A stretch of 28,028 nt of DNA from an uncultured Nitrososphaeria archaeon (GTDB lineage Archaea; Thermoproteota; Nitrososphaeria; Geothermarchaeales; JDFR-13). Positions 10,000 to 19,558 of the stretch are shown piece by piece; position 1 is the stretch's first letter; the number at the start of each line of letters is the position of its first letter. Where the stretch lies: assembly GCA_964530465.1 (NCBI GenBank), contig CAZHBK010000001.1:1-28028 (forward strand). Reading direction: 5' to 3'. Under the pieces are notes generated by a model. That model ran no database searches, had not been told where the DNA came from, and saw only the letters and a program-made list of their open reading frames with translations. Made by a program: the position numbers and the translations under genes.

Positions 10000-10966
10000 T
10001 TTCTCTAAGCCTCTCTAATCTCTTAACGATATTCGGATGAGTGCTTAATAACTCCATTACCCTATCCCATAGAGTAATTCTTCTTTTAGATATGATTTCC
10101 TCAGCTAATTTATAGTCATTTCTAAATGATGCAATTAATCCTGTATCTTTTAACGCTACGTCGGGATCAGCAATGAGTAATGCTTTGAAAGCACCAATAC
10201 TACCTAGGTCGCCTCGCCTAATAATCCTACTAGTTGAGTATGTTATTCTCGCTAATGCCGCCATTAATTTCCTGGCTCCATTATCAACATTACATGCTGA
10301 TTCGTAATCGGCATAATACTCTCTCAATCTACTGAATGCAAGTAGTATTAACTGTAATATGAAGTATATTATTAGCGATATGAAACCTATTGCTGCAGCT
10401 ACTGTAGCTGGATTTTCTTCATCACTACTCTCTATGAATGGGCTAAAGTATAACTGGTATAATGCTATTCTACTAATTATGTAAAATACTGATGGTAATA
10501 CGGACATAAACATCAATGCTTGTACATCCCTATGTTTAATATGACCTAATTCATGTCCTAATACAGCTTCAATCTCATCTAGATTTAGGGTATATAGTAA
10601 TCCTCTTGTAATAGCTACCTTCTTCTTACCAAATATACTTCCATATGCAAATGCATTAGGGATGTCTACTTCGGCGAGCATAACTTCAGGTTTTTTAATA
10701 CCTAGCTTACTACTTAATTTAGAAACGATATCATGTATTTCAGGTGCTTCACGATATGATAGAGGTCTAACCTTATATACTGCTTCAATAATCTTAGGTG
10801 CTGTAATCCACTGGATTAAATTGAATACTAATGCTATTGCTAATCCAATATATAGGTTTAAACCGAAGAAGTCTGTCACCAGTATTATCGCTAGTGTAGA
10901 TATAGCAATGAATATAGCTAGTGTAGTGATCATTGAAAGATATAACTTAAATCTATATAAGCTCAT
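9977..10966 (-). CDS. htpX: Zinc metalloprotease HtpX (peptidase M48)
   Basis: Motifs PNAFA, AVLGHELGHIKHRD (HExxH), SRLREYYAD and STHP...R, with N-terminal TM helices. Confidence 0.93.
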   Translation of the reverse strand: MSLYRFKLYLSMITTLAIFIAISTLAIILVTDFFGLNLYIGLAIALVFNLIQWITAPKIIEAVYKVRPLSYREAPEIHDIVSKLSSKLGIKKPEVMLAEVDIPNAFAYGSIFGKKKVAITRGLLYTLNLDEIEAVLGHELGHIKHRDVQALMFMSVLPSVFYIISRIALYQLYFSPFIESSDEENPATVAAAIGFISLIIYFILQLILLAFSRLREYYADYESACNVDNGARKLMAALARITYSTSRIIRRGDLGSIGAFKALLIADPDVALKDTGLIASFRNDYKLAEEIISKRRITLWDRVMELLSTHPNIVKRLERLREIAESEKV

Positions 10967-11128
10967 ATCCTAATCCATAAAAAACTACTATAGCATACAT
11001 TTAAGTTTAAATCGATTTAAGAATTAATGACGTGTAATACGATATTAGTTTCCTCTGTTCATTTATTGGCTATGTATGCCTATATTAGATTATATACATG
11101 CCTAATAGTATTACCTATGTAGATAGCT

Positions 11129-12124
11129 ATGAGTAATTACTGTATAAAGTCTATAAATTTAACTAAGATATATCCAGGTGGTATTAAAGCAGTTAATGGC
11201 GTTAGCTTTAAAGTTGATTATGGAGAGATATATGGATTTTTAGGTCCTAATGGTGCCGGTAAGACAACTACATTAGGTATGTTAATTACGGTTATAAAAC
11301 CTACTAGCGGAGATGCATATATAGCAGGATATAATATTCATAGAGATGCCAGTAAGATTAGGGAGAAGATTGGAGTTATGTTTCAAGACCCAACTATCGA
11401 TAGAGATCTAACTGGTTGGGAGAACCTATACGTACATGGGTTGGCATATGGAATTAATAGGAATACTTTAATTAAGAGAATTGATGAATTACTCGAGTTT
11501 GTCGGATTATCTGAATTTGCAAATACTCAAGTTAGAAGGTATAGTGGCGGTATGATTAGAAGGCTCGAGATCGCTAGAGCCCTCCTACATAAACCTGAAG
11601 TATTATTCTTAGATGAACCTACATTAGGATTAGATCCTCAGAGTAGAGCTAAGATGTGGGATGTTATAAGAGACTTAAATAAAGAGGGTGTTACAATATT
11701 CCTAACGACACATTATCTTGAGGAAGCCGATAGATTATGTGATAGAATTGCAATTATAGACTACGGTAGGATCGTATGTGAGGGTAAACCTAGTGAGCTT
11801 AAGAATATGATTGGAGGCGATGTAATCTACGTAAAGATATCTAAGTCAGATAGCAATACAAATGAATTTATCAATACTCTTAGTAGGATTGGTAAGGTTA
11901 AATTAATCGGAGATCAAGTTTCCATCGTAGTTAAGAATGCACCTAAGACATTACCTAAGATCTTCGAGTTAGCAGAAGAATACAGCATAAGAATTAGCGA
12001 GATTAGATATACGCAGCCCTCATTAGATGATGTCTTCTTATATGTAACTGGAAGGAGGCTTAGAGATACTGAGGTTTCGTCCCTCGAATTTATTAGAATG
12101 AGGAGGATTAGAAGGATGAGGTGA
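11129..12124 (+). CDS. ABC-2 type exporter ATP-binding subunit (DrrA-like)
   Basis: Walker A GPNGAGKTT, signature YSGGM, Walker B LFLDEPT and H-loop TTHY. Confidence 0.95.
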   Translation: MSNYCIKSINLTKIYPGGIKAVNGVSFKVDYGEIYGFLGPNGAGKTTTLGMLITVIKPTSGDAYIAGYNIHRDASKIREKIGVMFQDPTIDRDLTGWENLYVHGLAYGINRNTLIKRIDELLEFVGLSEFANTQVRRYSGGMIRRLEIARALLHKPEVLFLDEPTLGLDPQSRAKMWDVIRDLNKEGVTIFLTTHYLEEADRLCDRIAIIDYGRIVCEGKPSELKNMIGGDVIYVKISKSDSNTNEFINTLSRIGKVKLIGDQVSIVVKNAPKTLPKIFELAEEYSIRISEIRYTQPSLDDVFLYVTGRRLRDTEVSSLEFIRMRRIRRMR

Positions 12125-12130
12125 TTTAAT

Positions 12131-12916
12131 ATGAGTAATAGAGATCTACTCGCATTTTATGCACTAGTATATAGGCATATTAAAAGGTTTATAAGGTATA
12201 AATCGAGAATAGTTACAAGCTTCATACAGCCAATATTATGGTTTGTATTCTTTGGTATTGGATGGAGTTATGCATTTAATATAAGAGGTTTAAATCTTAA
12301 ATTCCTATTCGGTGGTGTAGACTATCTTAAATTCTTACTTCCAGGCGTTGTTATGATGACTGTATTTACGTCTAGCTTTATGAGTGGCTTAAGTGTACTA
12401 TGGGATAGAGAATTTGGATTTCTAAAGGAGTTGCTAGTTTCTCCAGCTAGTAGAATCGCTATACTATGCGGTAGGGTTTTAGGTGATTCGATAATTGTAA
12501 CTCTCCAAGGCGTTATAATGCTAGCAATACTGTCAGTATTCGTAGGTAGTATAAATCTATATGGTATTATAATAACGGTGTTAATATCATTCATAACAGC
12601 ACTAATATTCGTAGCATTAGGTATTACAATAGCATCATATATCAAGAGTATGGAAGCATTCCATATGATTACAGGATTTATAACACTTCCAATGCTCTTC
12701 TTAAGCGGTGCATTCTATCCAATAGATCCATTACCTGAATGGATGAAGATACTTGCATTAATAGACCCACTTACATATTCAGTAGACTTAGCTAGAAACG
12801 TGCTAATAGGAGTATCATCATTAAACTACATGATCGACTGCATAGGGATTATAATCTCACTAGTAGTATTCATATCACTCTCAGTATTCTCATTCAAGAG
12901 GACTTATATTGCATAG
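12131..12916 (+). CDS. ABC-2 type exporter permease (DrrB-like)
   Basis: Six TM segments with WDREFGFLKELLVSPASR, FLSGAFYPI..LP.W and DPLTY.VD; RBS GGTGA upstream. Confidence 0.93.
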   Translation: MSNRDLLAFYALVYRHIKRFIRYKSRIVTSFIQPILWFVFFGIGWSYAFNIRGLNLKFLFGGVDYLKFLLPGVVMMTVFTSSFMSGLSVLWDREFGFLKELLVSPASRIAILCGRVLGDSIIVTLQGVIMLAILSVFVGSINLYGIIITVLISFITALIFVALGITIASYIKSMEAFHMITGFITLPMLFLSGAFYPIDPLPEWMKILALIDPLTYSVDLARNVLIGVSSLNYMIDCIGIIISLVVFISLSVFSFKRTYIA

Positions 12917-12917
12917 T

Positions 12918-12995
12918 GAGAGGCCGGGCGAGAAGAACGCCGCACCACAGCACTTATCCCAAATCGGGATATCCTATAGTCTCACCCGGCCCCTC
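12918..12995 (-). ncRNA. Unassigned GC-rich structured small RNA
   Basis: A 16-bp terminal stem (GAGGGGCCGGGUGAGA/UCUCGCCCGGCCUCUC) whose two imperfections are G-U pairs on the minus strand only. It also has an inner hairpin UAUCCC-GAUUU-GGGAUA and a TATA box 23-30 nt upstream. Confidence 0.65.
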
Positions 12996-13017
12996 AAGCA
13001 AATTAAATTATTTAAGA

Positions 13018-13025
13018 TATTTAAA
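13018..13025 (-). promoter_or_regulatory. TATA box (TTTAAATA) for the putative small RNA
   Basis: Consensus archaeal TATA at -30..-23 from the first G of the RNA stem, with a purine run (GGAAA) upstream. Confidence 0.5.
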
Positions 13026-13170
13026 TAAATTTCCAAAGCATTACAGTAGTTATATTCAATATTCTATAGTAAATTCAAGAAATCTCAATATAGGGTCAAA
13101 TATAATAGATGCATGCTACTATGTATTTACTATGTTTTTTTCACCACTCTAGTATAAAATATATTATTAC

Positions 13171-13920
13171 ATGATTAGAATCGTCAGCTTCGACTTTTGG
13201 TTTACATTAGTCTGGGAGGATTTAGAAGGATTAAAATATTACCAAGATAGAAGAATTGAGGTATTATATAATGCCTTACGCAATTATACAGATGTATCCC
13301 TTGATGAAGTTAGAGTATTCTATAAAAGTACAGGAGGCATTAGAATGCTGGTCTCGAATAAAGAGCTAATTAAATTTATCTTTAGAATGGCTGGTTTAAC
13401 ACCTACTGATGATATATTAGATGACATTGTTAAAGAGTATGAGGAAGTTGTAGATAACTGGAAACCACATGTCAATGAAGAAGCATATGGTGTATTAGAA
13501 GGGCTTAAGAAATTAGGTTATAAAATTGCTATAATCTCGAATACATCGTTCTCAGAGAGAAGTCTATGGTTTATCATTAGGAATGTTGGATTTGATAAGT
13601 ATATTGATGGGGTAATTGCATCTTCTGAAGTTGGCTATATAAAGCCGATGAGGGAAATCTTCAGAGAGTTATTTAATAAATTTAACGTAAGTCCTAAAGA
13701 GGTTATCCATATTGGTGATTCATACTTCTCAGACGTTATAGGTGCATTTAATGCAGGAGCATACGGGGTGTTATATAATGGATTGTGGAGATATTATATT
13801 GATGAAGAAGACTATAAAAATGCTATATCAGTAAATTACAATAATAGATGCATCGTATTAAGCAATTTAAATGACATATTTAACGTACTAGATAGGATAG
13901 AGAGTAAGGGTAAGCTTTAA
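13171..13920 (+). CDS. HAD-superfamily hydrolase
   Basis: Motif I SFDFWFTL, motif II IISNT, motif III KP and motif IV HIGDSYFSDVIGA. Confidence 0.9.
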   Translation: MIRIVSFDFWFTLVWEDLEGLKYYQDRRIEVLYNALRNYTDVSLDEVRVFYKSTGGIRMLVSNKELIKFIFRMAGLTPTDDILDDIVKEYEEVVDNWKPHVNEEAYGVLEGLKKLGYKIAIISNTSFSERSLWFIIRNVGFDKYIDGVIASSEVGYIKPMREIFRELFNKFNVSPKEVIHIGDSYFSDVIGAFNAGAYGVLYNGLWRYYIDEEDYKNAISVNYNNRCIVLSNLNDIFNVLDRIESKGKL

Positions 13921-14031
13921 TAATATGAAGTGGGTACGTGGTATGCATGATCAAACAACATCTTAGAACAGCGTATGAAATAATATCACTATAATAAAAA
14001 TTAATCTACTGTTAACTCTATCTATTCTATA

Positions 14032-17000
14032 ATGGATCTTTCTAGGAAGTTATTAATACCAACTTTAATACTGTTATTAATATTTGAATCTCTAACTCCT
14101 ATTAATGTAATAGCTACTTTAAATCATGCCTCAAATATAAGCTTTAAGGTTAATTCAACAATTAAAAATTTCTTATCAGCTATTGATAGAAGTAGTTTAG
14201 TTCCTAATGCTGTAGTTGTATCTATTGATAATAAACCATATCTATACCTAGGTCATGGTTTGAAATATCCTCTTGATGGAGGTTCTAAGATATTTAAGAT
14301 AGTTAGGCTTCCGAATGGTAAGAAGGTATACGTCTTATATAAGAATTGGACTAAATACATGCTTAAGTTAATAATAGTATACCATGGTATGTCTGAATAT
14401 AAAAGTAGACTAATTAACTTAATTCATAGATTTGGAGGTTTTGTAAATTATTCGTATACTCTATTTCCAATGATTTCAGCTACTATACCTGCAGGGAATG
14501 TAAGCAGGCTTTTAGATTATAGTATTAGGATCGATATATGTGCAGATTATAAGGTATATGTTAAGCTGAATGAATCAGTACCTATTATTAAGCCTCCTGA
14601 TAAGTGGAAGGATATTGAGAAGTTATACGGGAGGGGGTTGAATGGATCAGGTATTATAATTGGAATCCTCGATACTGGTGTGGATATTAAACATCCTGAC
14701 TTCTTCTTCCCGAATGGTACTTCCAAATGTATCTATAGCATTAGCTTCGTACCACATGAGAATGCTAGTGATGGATTTGGTCATGGTACTCATGTAGCAG
14801 GCATTGCATTAGGTACTGGACTAGCGAGTAATGGTAAGTTTAAAGGTGTTGCTCCAGGAGCACTACTGGCTAATATTAAAGTATTATCTAATGAGGGTTA
14901 TGGATATATCAGCTGGATTATTAAAGGCATTGAATATGCAATCAATAAGAGTATTAATGTAATTAATTTAAGTCTTGGAGGTGGTTTTAATGGTGACGGC
15001 TCTGATCCATTAAGTATAGCTGTAGATACAGCTGTAAAACATGGTATTGTAGTAGTTGTCGCAGCAGGTAATTCAGGACCTTATTACTACTCCCTATCAT
15101 CCCCTGGTGTTGCTAAAGGTGTTATAACTGTAGGTGCGATTGCTAAAAACCTAACAGTCGCAGATTTTAGTAGTAGAGGGCCTACAGGTGATTTAAGGAT
15201 TAAACCTGATGTTCTAGCTCCCGGCGTAAATATCATAGCTCCAGTAGCTAGAGGATCATACTTAGAGAAGCTATTTATGAAGCGATATCCTAGGGAGTTT
15301 ATAAGAGGTAAGGGAGGCAATTATATTATATTAAGCGGTACTAGTATGGCTACTCCACATGTAAGTGGATTAGCTGCATTAATACTCCAAGCACATCCAG
15401 ACTATACCCCAGAATTAGTTAAATCAGTAATTACCTCTACATCTAGAGATTTAGGCTATAATCCATTTATTGAAGGTGCCGGATTGATAAACGCATGTAA
15501 TGCAGTACTAACACCTGTAATTCCAGATAAAGCTGTCAAGACATTAGGCTTATTATATAATGGATCTGGATCTTTAAAGTATGTAATTAAGAATTTAAGT
15601 GATAAAAGAGTCAAACTTAAATCAATTAAGGTTATCTCCAGAGATATACATGATCGCTGGGATAACTCAAAGAACATAATAATTAAGTTTTCTAAAGAAG
15701 TATTAGATCCATATAGCTATATAAGTTTACAACTATACATATCGGGAATCGTACATCCATCAGTATATTACTTAAAGCTTATACTAGAATTCAATAACTC
15801 TATAAGACTTACTCTGTTAGCTTCATATGCATATCTAGCGAGGATAAACCTGAATACGACGTACAATGGTATTCCATGTGACGTACTATATGTAATATAT
15901 AGAGTTAGTGAACCTGATAGATTGATCCTACCTTCTGGATATAAATACGATAATGTATCTAACTTTGCATGGTTCTATTTAGAACCTGGCCAGTATAATT
16001 TATTCGTAGTAACGCTGAACTATCCATCAGAGAATGAATCGTTTATCAAAGGTCCATTCTATATATCTACTAGAAGCATATACGTACCTGATATAGGTAA
16101 TTACTCATATAGCATTAAAATTGAATCTGGATATAAAGCAATACCACCACGTGAATCTCCAGCTGGATTAACACTATATCCATACTATTATATAGTTGCG
16201 CTTTATACTCCTGCTAATAAATCAATTGGTGTATTCATAAGTGGTCTATGGAATATATCTAACTTCATACTCTATAATGATCTAACGACTAATGATAAAG
16301 TATTCTTACATTTAGAATATATTGAAGAACCAGTTTATACTATAAGGGGTAATTTAAGTGAGAGATTAAGATGTTATAATACGCTTTATATGGGGTCTTG
16401 GATTTTAACTAAAAGCATTAGGGGTAGTCTTGAGTTTAACACTCTTAGAAGATATAGACTTATACTATCATCTCAGATCGATAATGATATTGCATACTTG
16501 AGTTTAATTGATACACCTCCCAAATATAGATATACATATATTGCGGTAATACCATGCTATCAAGGAGGGTTGTATTATGTGGAGCTATCTAAGCCATTGT
16601 ACGATGAATCTCAAGGTTTTCTAACATTTGATAAAGGCATGATATTAATTAGGAATATATGTCTATTTAGTCCTAGATATGATATAAGTAGGATTGTTAG
16701 AGCTTTATCACCACCATACTTTCCATTTATAGACGTATCTAGATACATTAAGAATAACAATACATTATATAACATTACCGTCGGATTAACAACCAGTATA
16801 CTACCATTTAACGTTGTAGGTGATGGTAATAGTAGTATCGAACTCTATAGAAATGGTATGTTGATCTATAGAGATTATGAAGTAGGAGATATAGATTACT
16901 TTGGGTTGAGGAATAGAATACTAGATTTTGGAAATTATAGAGTACTTACGCGCTTCGATCTAAACTATCCACTCTACTATAAGGTACATCTAGATGCTGG

Positions 17001-18558
17001 ATTTAAGATACCTAATCCTGATATATCACCGCCATTGATACTATCGGTTAACGTACCATATGTAACTGAGAGGTCTAATACTGGTAGCATACTACTTCTA
17101 GATTTATCTGGTTTAGATCATGCTAGAGTGAGAATGAGTTTAGACGGTGGTATTACGTGGTTCGTTGTTAAAAGTTCTATAAAATCTAGTAGATACGGAT
17201 TGTATAGAAGGTATAATGTAACGTTTAATATCCCAAGATTTAAAAGAGGACTCTGTATAGAATTTTATGCGTCAGACATATATGGAAATTACATATTCTT
17301 CAAGATGTATAATATTACTATATCTAAACTATTGACTTATAATAGAATACCTGAAGTAGTAGTTAAACCAGGACATTACATTATGCCTAATAAATCAGCT
17401 AATATATCTATATCATACAGCTATAATGATCAATATGCTATACGATTATATGTTGATGGTTCGTTTAAAGCTAACATACCTATAGACGGTAGTAATACTA
17501 GTTTGATATTGCCTGATGTTATAAGGTCAGGTAAGATTGGATCTCACATAGTAGAGCTTAAGTTAGATTATAACATATTAAGGAAGGCTTACACTATCAT
17601 GGAACGTATACATGTAACTAAGTTGATCGTTAATTCATACGCTATATGTATTAATGGTTCTATTAAGAATACCTTGGATAATAGGTATCATATAGATGTA
17701 GGTTCTGAATTGATAGTAGGGTTCCATATAGTCTGGAAGCATGATAATTCAAGTGTAGATAATGCAAGAGTATATCTGAGTAATGGGCTTGTATTAAATA
17801 CATCTAAGGGATATGTTTTGATTAGACTCAAATCTAATAAGGTTAAAATGGAGAATATATCGATTTCAAAAATAATATATGATTATGATGGTTATGTAGA
17901 TATATTTGAAGCTAGAATAAAACCCAATATTCAAGTCATTTGGGATACAGTTATAATTGAATCATTAAATAAGACTATAGCTAGATTTGAAAATGGTAGT
18001 CATATTAAGATATGTTTTAAAGCATATTATGCATTCAATAAGAAGCCGTTTAAAGGAGTAATCGTTATAAACAATACATTAGCTGTTAATGGTACTGGGA
18101 TATTTAAAGTATTAATTTCTGAGGATAAAGTGGGCGAGTATAGATATATTGTTACTGGGATTAGAGATGATTTATACAATCTAACTACTTTCAAGCAGGC
18201 ATATGTAGACGTAATCTTCGATCATTTAAAAGTAGATGTTAAATACTCTACTAGTTTTATGTATGTAAGTATCACTATATATGTTAGATGGATGAGTGAT
18301 TTAAAGCCTGTTAGAGATGCTAGTGTGTTAATTAACAATGTTCATTCTATAATGGTTGAACCAGGTTTATATAAGTATAGTGAATTCACGATTATGCCAT
18401 TCTCAGAATATAATATCAGTATCTATAAAAGTGGTTTTAAGATGCATTCTATAAAGCTCGAAGTTACAAATATAGATAATATAACTGCATTTTCTATAAT
18501 AATTATCCTCTTATGCATCATTATAACATATATTATTAAAAGACTTATTAAGAAGTAG
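14032..18558 (+). CDS. Large secreted, membrane-anchored subtilisin-like (S8) serine protease
   Basis: Signal peptide, I9-like propeptide, catalytic triad ILDTG / HGTHVAG / GTSMATPHVSG, oxyanion AAGNSG, about 1000 aa of beta-rich C-terminus, and a terminal TM helix followed by KRLIKK. Confidence 0.93.
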   Translation: MDLSRKLLIPTLILLLIFESLTPINVIATLNHASNISFKVNSTIKNFLSAIDRSSLVPNAVVVSIDNKPYLYLGHGLKYPLDGGSKIFKIVRLPNGKKVYVLYKNWTKYMLKLIIVYHGMSEYKSRLINLIHRFGGFVNYSYTLFPMISATIPAGNVSRLLDYSIRIDICADYKVYVKLNESVPIIKPPDKWKDIEKLYGRGLNGSGIIIGILDTGVDIKHPDFFFPNGTSKCIYSISFVPHENASDGFGHGTHVAGIALGTGLASNGKFKGVAPGALLANIKVLSNEGYGYISWIIKGIEYAINKSINVINLSLGGGFNGDGSDPLSIAVDTAVKHGIVVVVAAGNSGPYYYSLSSPGVAKGVITVGAIAKNLTVADFSSRGPTGDLRIKPDVLAPGVNIIAPVARGSYLEKLFMKRYPREFIRGKGGNYIILSGTSMATPHVSGLAALILQAHPDYTPELVKSVITSTSRDLGYNPFIEGAGLINACNAVLTPVIPDKAVKTLGLLYNGSGSLKYVIKNLSDKRVKLKSIKVISRDIHDRWDNSKNIIIKFSKEVLDPYSYISLQLYISGIVHPSVYYLKLILEFNNSIRLTLLASYAYLARINLNTTYNGIPCDVLYVIYRVSEPDRLILPSGYKYDNVSNFAWFYLEPGQYNLFVVTLNYPSENESFIKGPFYISTRSIYVPDIGNYSYSIKIESGYKAIPPRESPAGLTLYPYYYIVALYTPANKSIGVFISGLWNISNFILYNDLTTNDKVFLHLEYIEEPVYTIRGNLSERLRCYNTLYMGSWILTKSIRGSLEFNTLRRYRLILSSQIDNDIAYLSLIDTPPKYRYTYIAVIPCYQGGLYYVELSKPLYDESQGFLTFDKGMILIRNICLFSPRYDISRIVRALSPPYFPFIDVSRYIKNNNTLYNITVGLTTSILPFNVVGDGNSSIELYRNGMLIYRDYEVGDIDYFGLRNRILDFGNYRVLTRFDLNYPLYYKVHLDAGFKIPNPDISPPLILSVNVPYVTERSNTGSILLLDLSGLDHARVRMSLDGGITWFVVKSSIKSSRYGLYRRYNVTFNIPRFKRGLCIEFYASDIYGNYIFFKMYNITISKLLTYNRIPEVVVKPGHYIMPNKSANISISYSYNDQYAIRLYVDGSFKANIPIDGSNTSLILPDVIRSGKIGSHIVELKLDYNILRKAYTIMERIHVTKLIVNSYAICINGSIKNTLDNRYHIDVGSELIVGFHIVWKHDNSSVDNARVYLSNGLVLNTSKGYVLIRLKSNKVKMENISISKIIYDYDGYVDIFEARIKPNIQVIWDTVIIESLNKTIARFENGSHIKICFKAYYAFNKKPFKGVIVINNTLAVNGTGIFKVLISEDKVGEYRYIVTGIRDDLYNLTTFKQAYVDVIFDHLKVDVKYSTSFMYVSITIYVRWMSDLKPVRDASVLINNVHSIMVEPGLYKYSEFTIMPFSEYNISIYKSGFKMHSIKLEVTNIDNITAFSIIIILLCIIITYIIKRLIKK

Positions 18559-18583
18559 TCTTATACTACGGATCAGGCATTAA

Positions 18584-18595
18584 TCTCTCTTTTTT
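18584..18595 (+). terminator. Pyrimidine/oligo-T tract, putative archaeal terminator
   Basis: TCTCTCTTTTTT lies 26 nt after the subtilase stop. Confidence 0.4.
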
Positions 18596-18688
18596 GAAAA
18601 ATCATCTGAGGTATTTACATCGTAAAACAATATTATATAGTATATTCTTTCATATAATGCTTATCTAGGCTGATAATATATTAGTGGG

Positions 18689-18696
18689 TTTAAATA
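18689..18696 (+). promoter_or_regulatory. TATA box of the por operon
   Basis: TTTAAATA ends 22 nt before the GTG start at 18718. Confidence 0.5.
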
Positions 18697-18717
18697 CCTT
18701 AGAGATGGTGGTACTCC

Positions 18718-19269
18718 GTGATTGAAGTCAGATGGCATGGTCGTGGAGGTCAAGGTGTTGTCACCAGCTCTCAACTACTTGCATTTGCAGCTATTCAAGA
18801 AGGTAAGTATGCTATTCACATACCTCAATTTGGTCCTGAGAGGAGGGGGGCTCCAGTACAAGCATTTACAAGAATTAGTGATGATATAATACAAGTTAGA
18901 TGTGGTGTTTTAAACCCGGATATCGTAGTAGTTATCGATCCGAGCTTACTTCAGCCTCAATTCAGAAGTCTAATACTATCTGGTGTTAAAGATACAACTA
19001 AGATTATATATAATACTCCAAATCCAGATGCCGCAAAGCCTATTGATAATCTAGAGACTTATGTTGTCGATGCTTTCCATATTGCACTTGAGGTGATAGG
19101 TAGGCCTATTTATAATACTGCTATGTTAGGTGCTTTAGTAGGTGTTACTAAACTAGTGGAGTTAGAGAGTGTACTTGATGCTGTTAAGAGGAGGTTTTCA
19201 GGTAAGATTGCTGAGGTGAATGTTAAGGCTGTTGAGAGAGGTTTTAAGGAGGTGAGGAAGATTGAGTAG
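18718..19269 (+). CDS. porC: Pyruvate/2-oxoacid:ferredoxin oxidoreductase gamma subunit
   Basis: Motifs EVRWHGRGGQGVVT, FGPERRGAPV..F.RIS and NTAMLGAL. Confidence 0.93.
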   Translation: MIEVRWHGRGGQGVVTSSQLLAFAAIQEGKYAIHIPQFGPERRGAPVQAFTRISDDIIQVRCGVLNPDIVVVIDPSLLQPQFRSLILSGVKDTTKIIYNTPNPDAAKPIDNLETYVVDAFHIALEVIGRPIYNTAMLGALVGVTKLVELESVLDAVKRRFSGKIAEVNVKAVERGFKEVRKIE

Positions 19270-19558
19270 TTGGCCATCTAAATGGATGGATCTACCTATG
19301 GCTGGGATTATAAATAAACCTGGTAATAGTTTAGAGGTTAAAACTGGTACTTGGAGGGCTTTAAGACCAGTTATAAATCATGAGAAGTGTACTAAATGCC
19401 TCCTATGCTGGATATACTGCCCCGATAATGCAATTATAAGGCATGAAGATAACTCAGTAGATATTAACTATGATTATTGTAAGGGATGTGGTATATGTGC
19501 ACGGGAGTGTCCTGTTAAAGCTATAGAGATGGTTGAGGAGGGAGGTGGTATGGAGTGA
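19262..19558 (+). CDS. porD: Pyruvate/2-oxoacid:ferredoxin oxidoreductase delta subunit (2x[4Fe-4S])
   Basis: TGTWR..RPVI, CTKCLLCWIYCP and CKGCGICARECP; RBS GGAGGTGA precedes the TTG start. Confidence 0.95.
   Translation: MSSWPSKWMDLPMAGIINKPGNSLEVKTGTWRALRPVINHEKCTKCLLCWIYCPDNAIIRHEDNSVDINYDYCKGCGICARECPVKAIEMVEEGGGME

Noticed and set aside
12918-12995. tRNA or split-tRNA half interpretation of the GC-rich hairpin
   Set aside because: No D-arm or T-arm consensus (no GTTCRA) and no 7-bp acceptor/anticodon layout.
12916-13152. 78-aa ORF overlapping the permease stop
   Set aside because: No protein motifs. It spans the GC-rich hairpin and AT-rich promoter DNA and is better explained as the antisense of the structured RNA.
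13925-13978. Possible box C/D sRNA (ATGAAG...ATGATC...ATGA) between the HAD and subtilase genes
   Set aside because: The boxes deviate from RUGAUGA/CUGA, no CUGA is present, and no rRNA complement was recognised.
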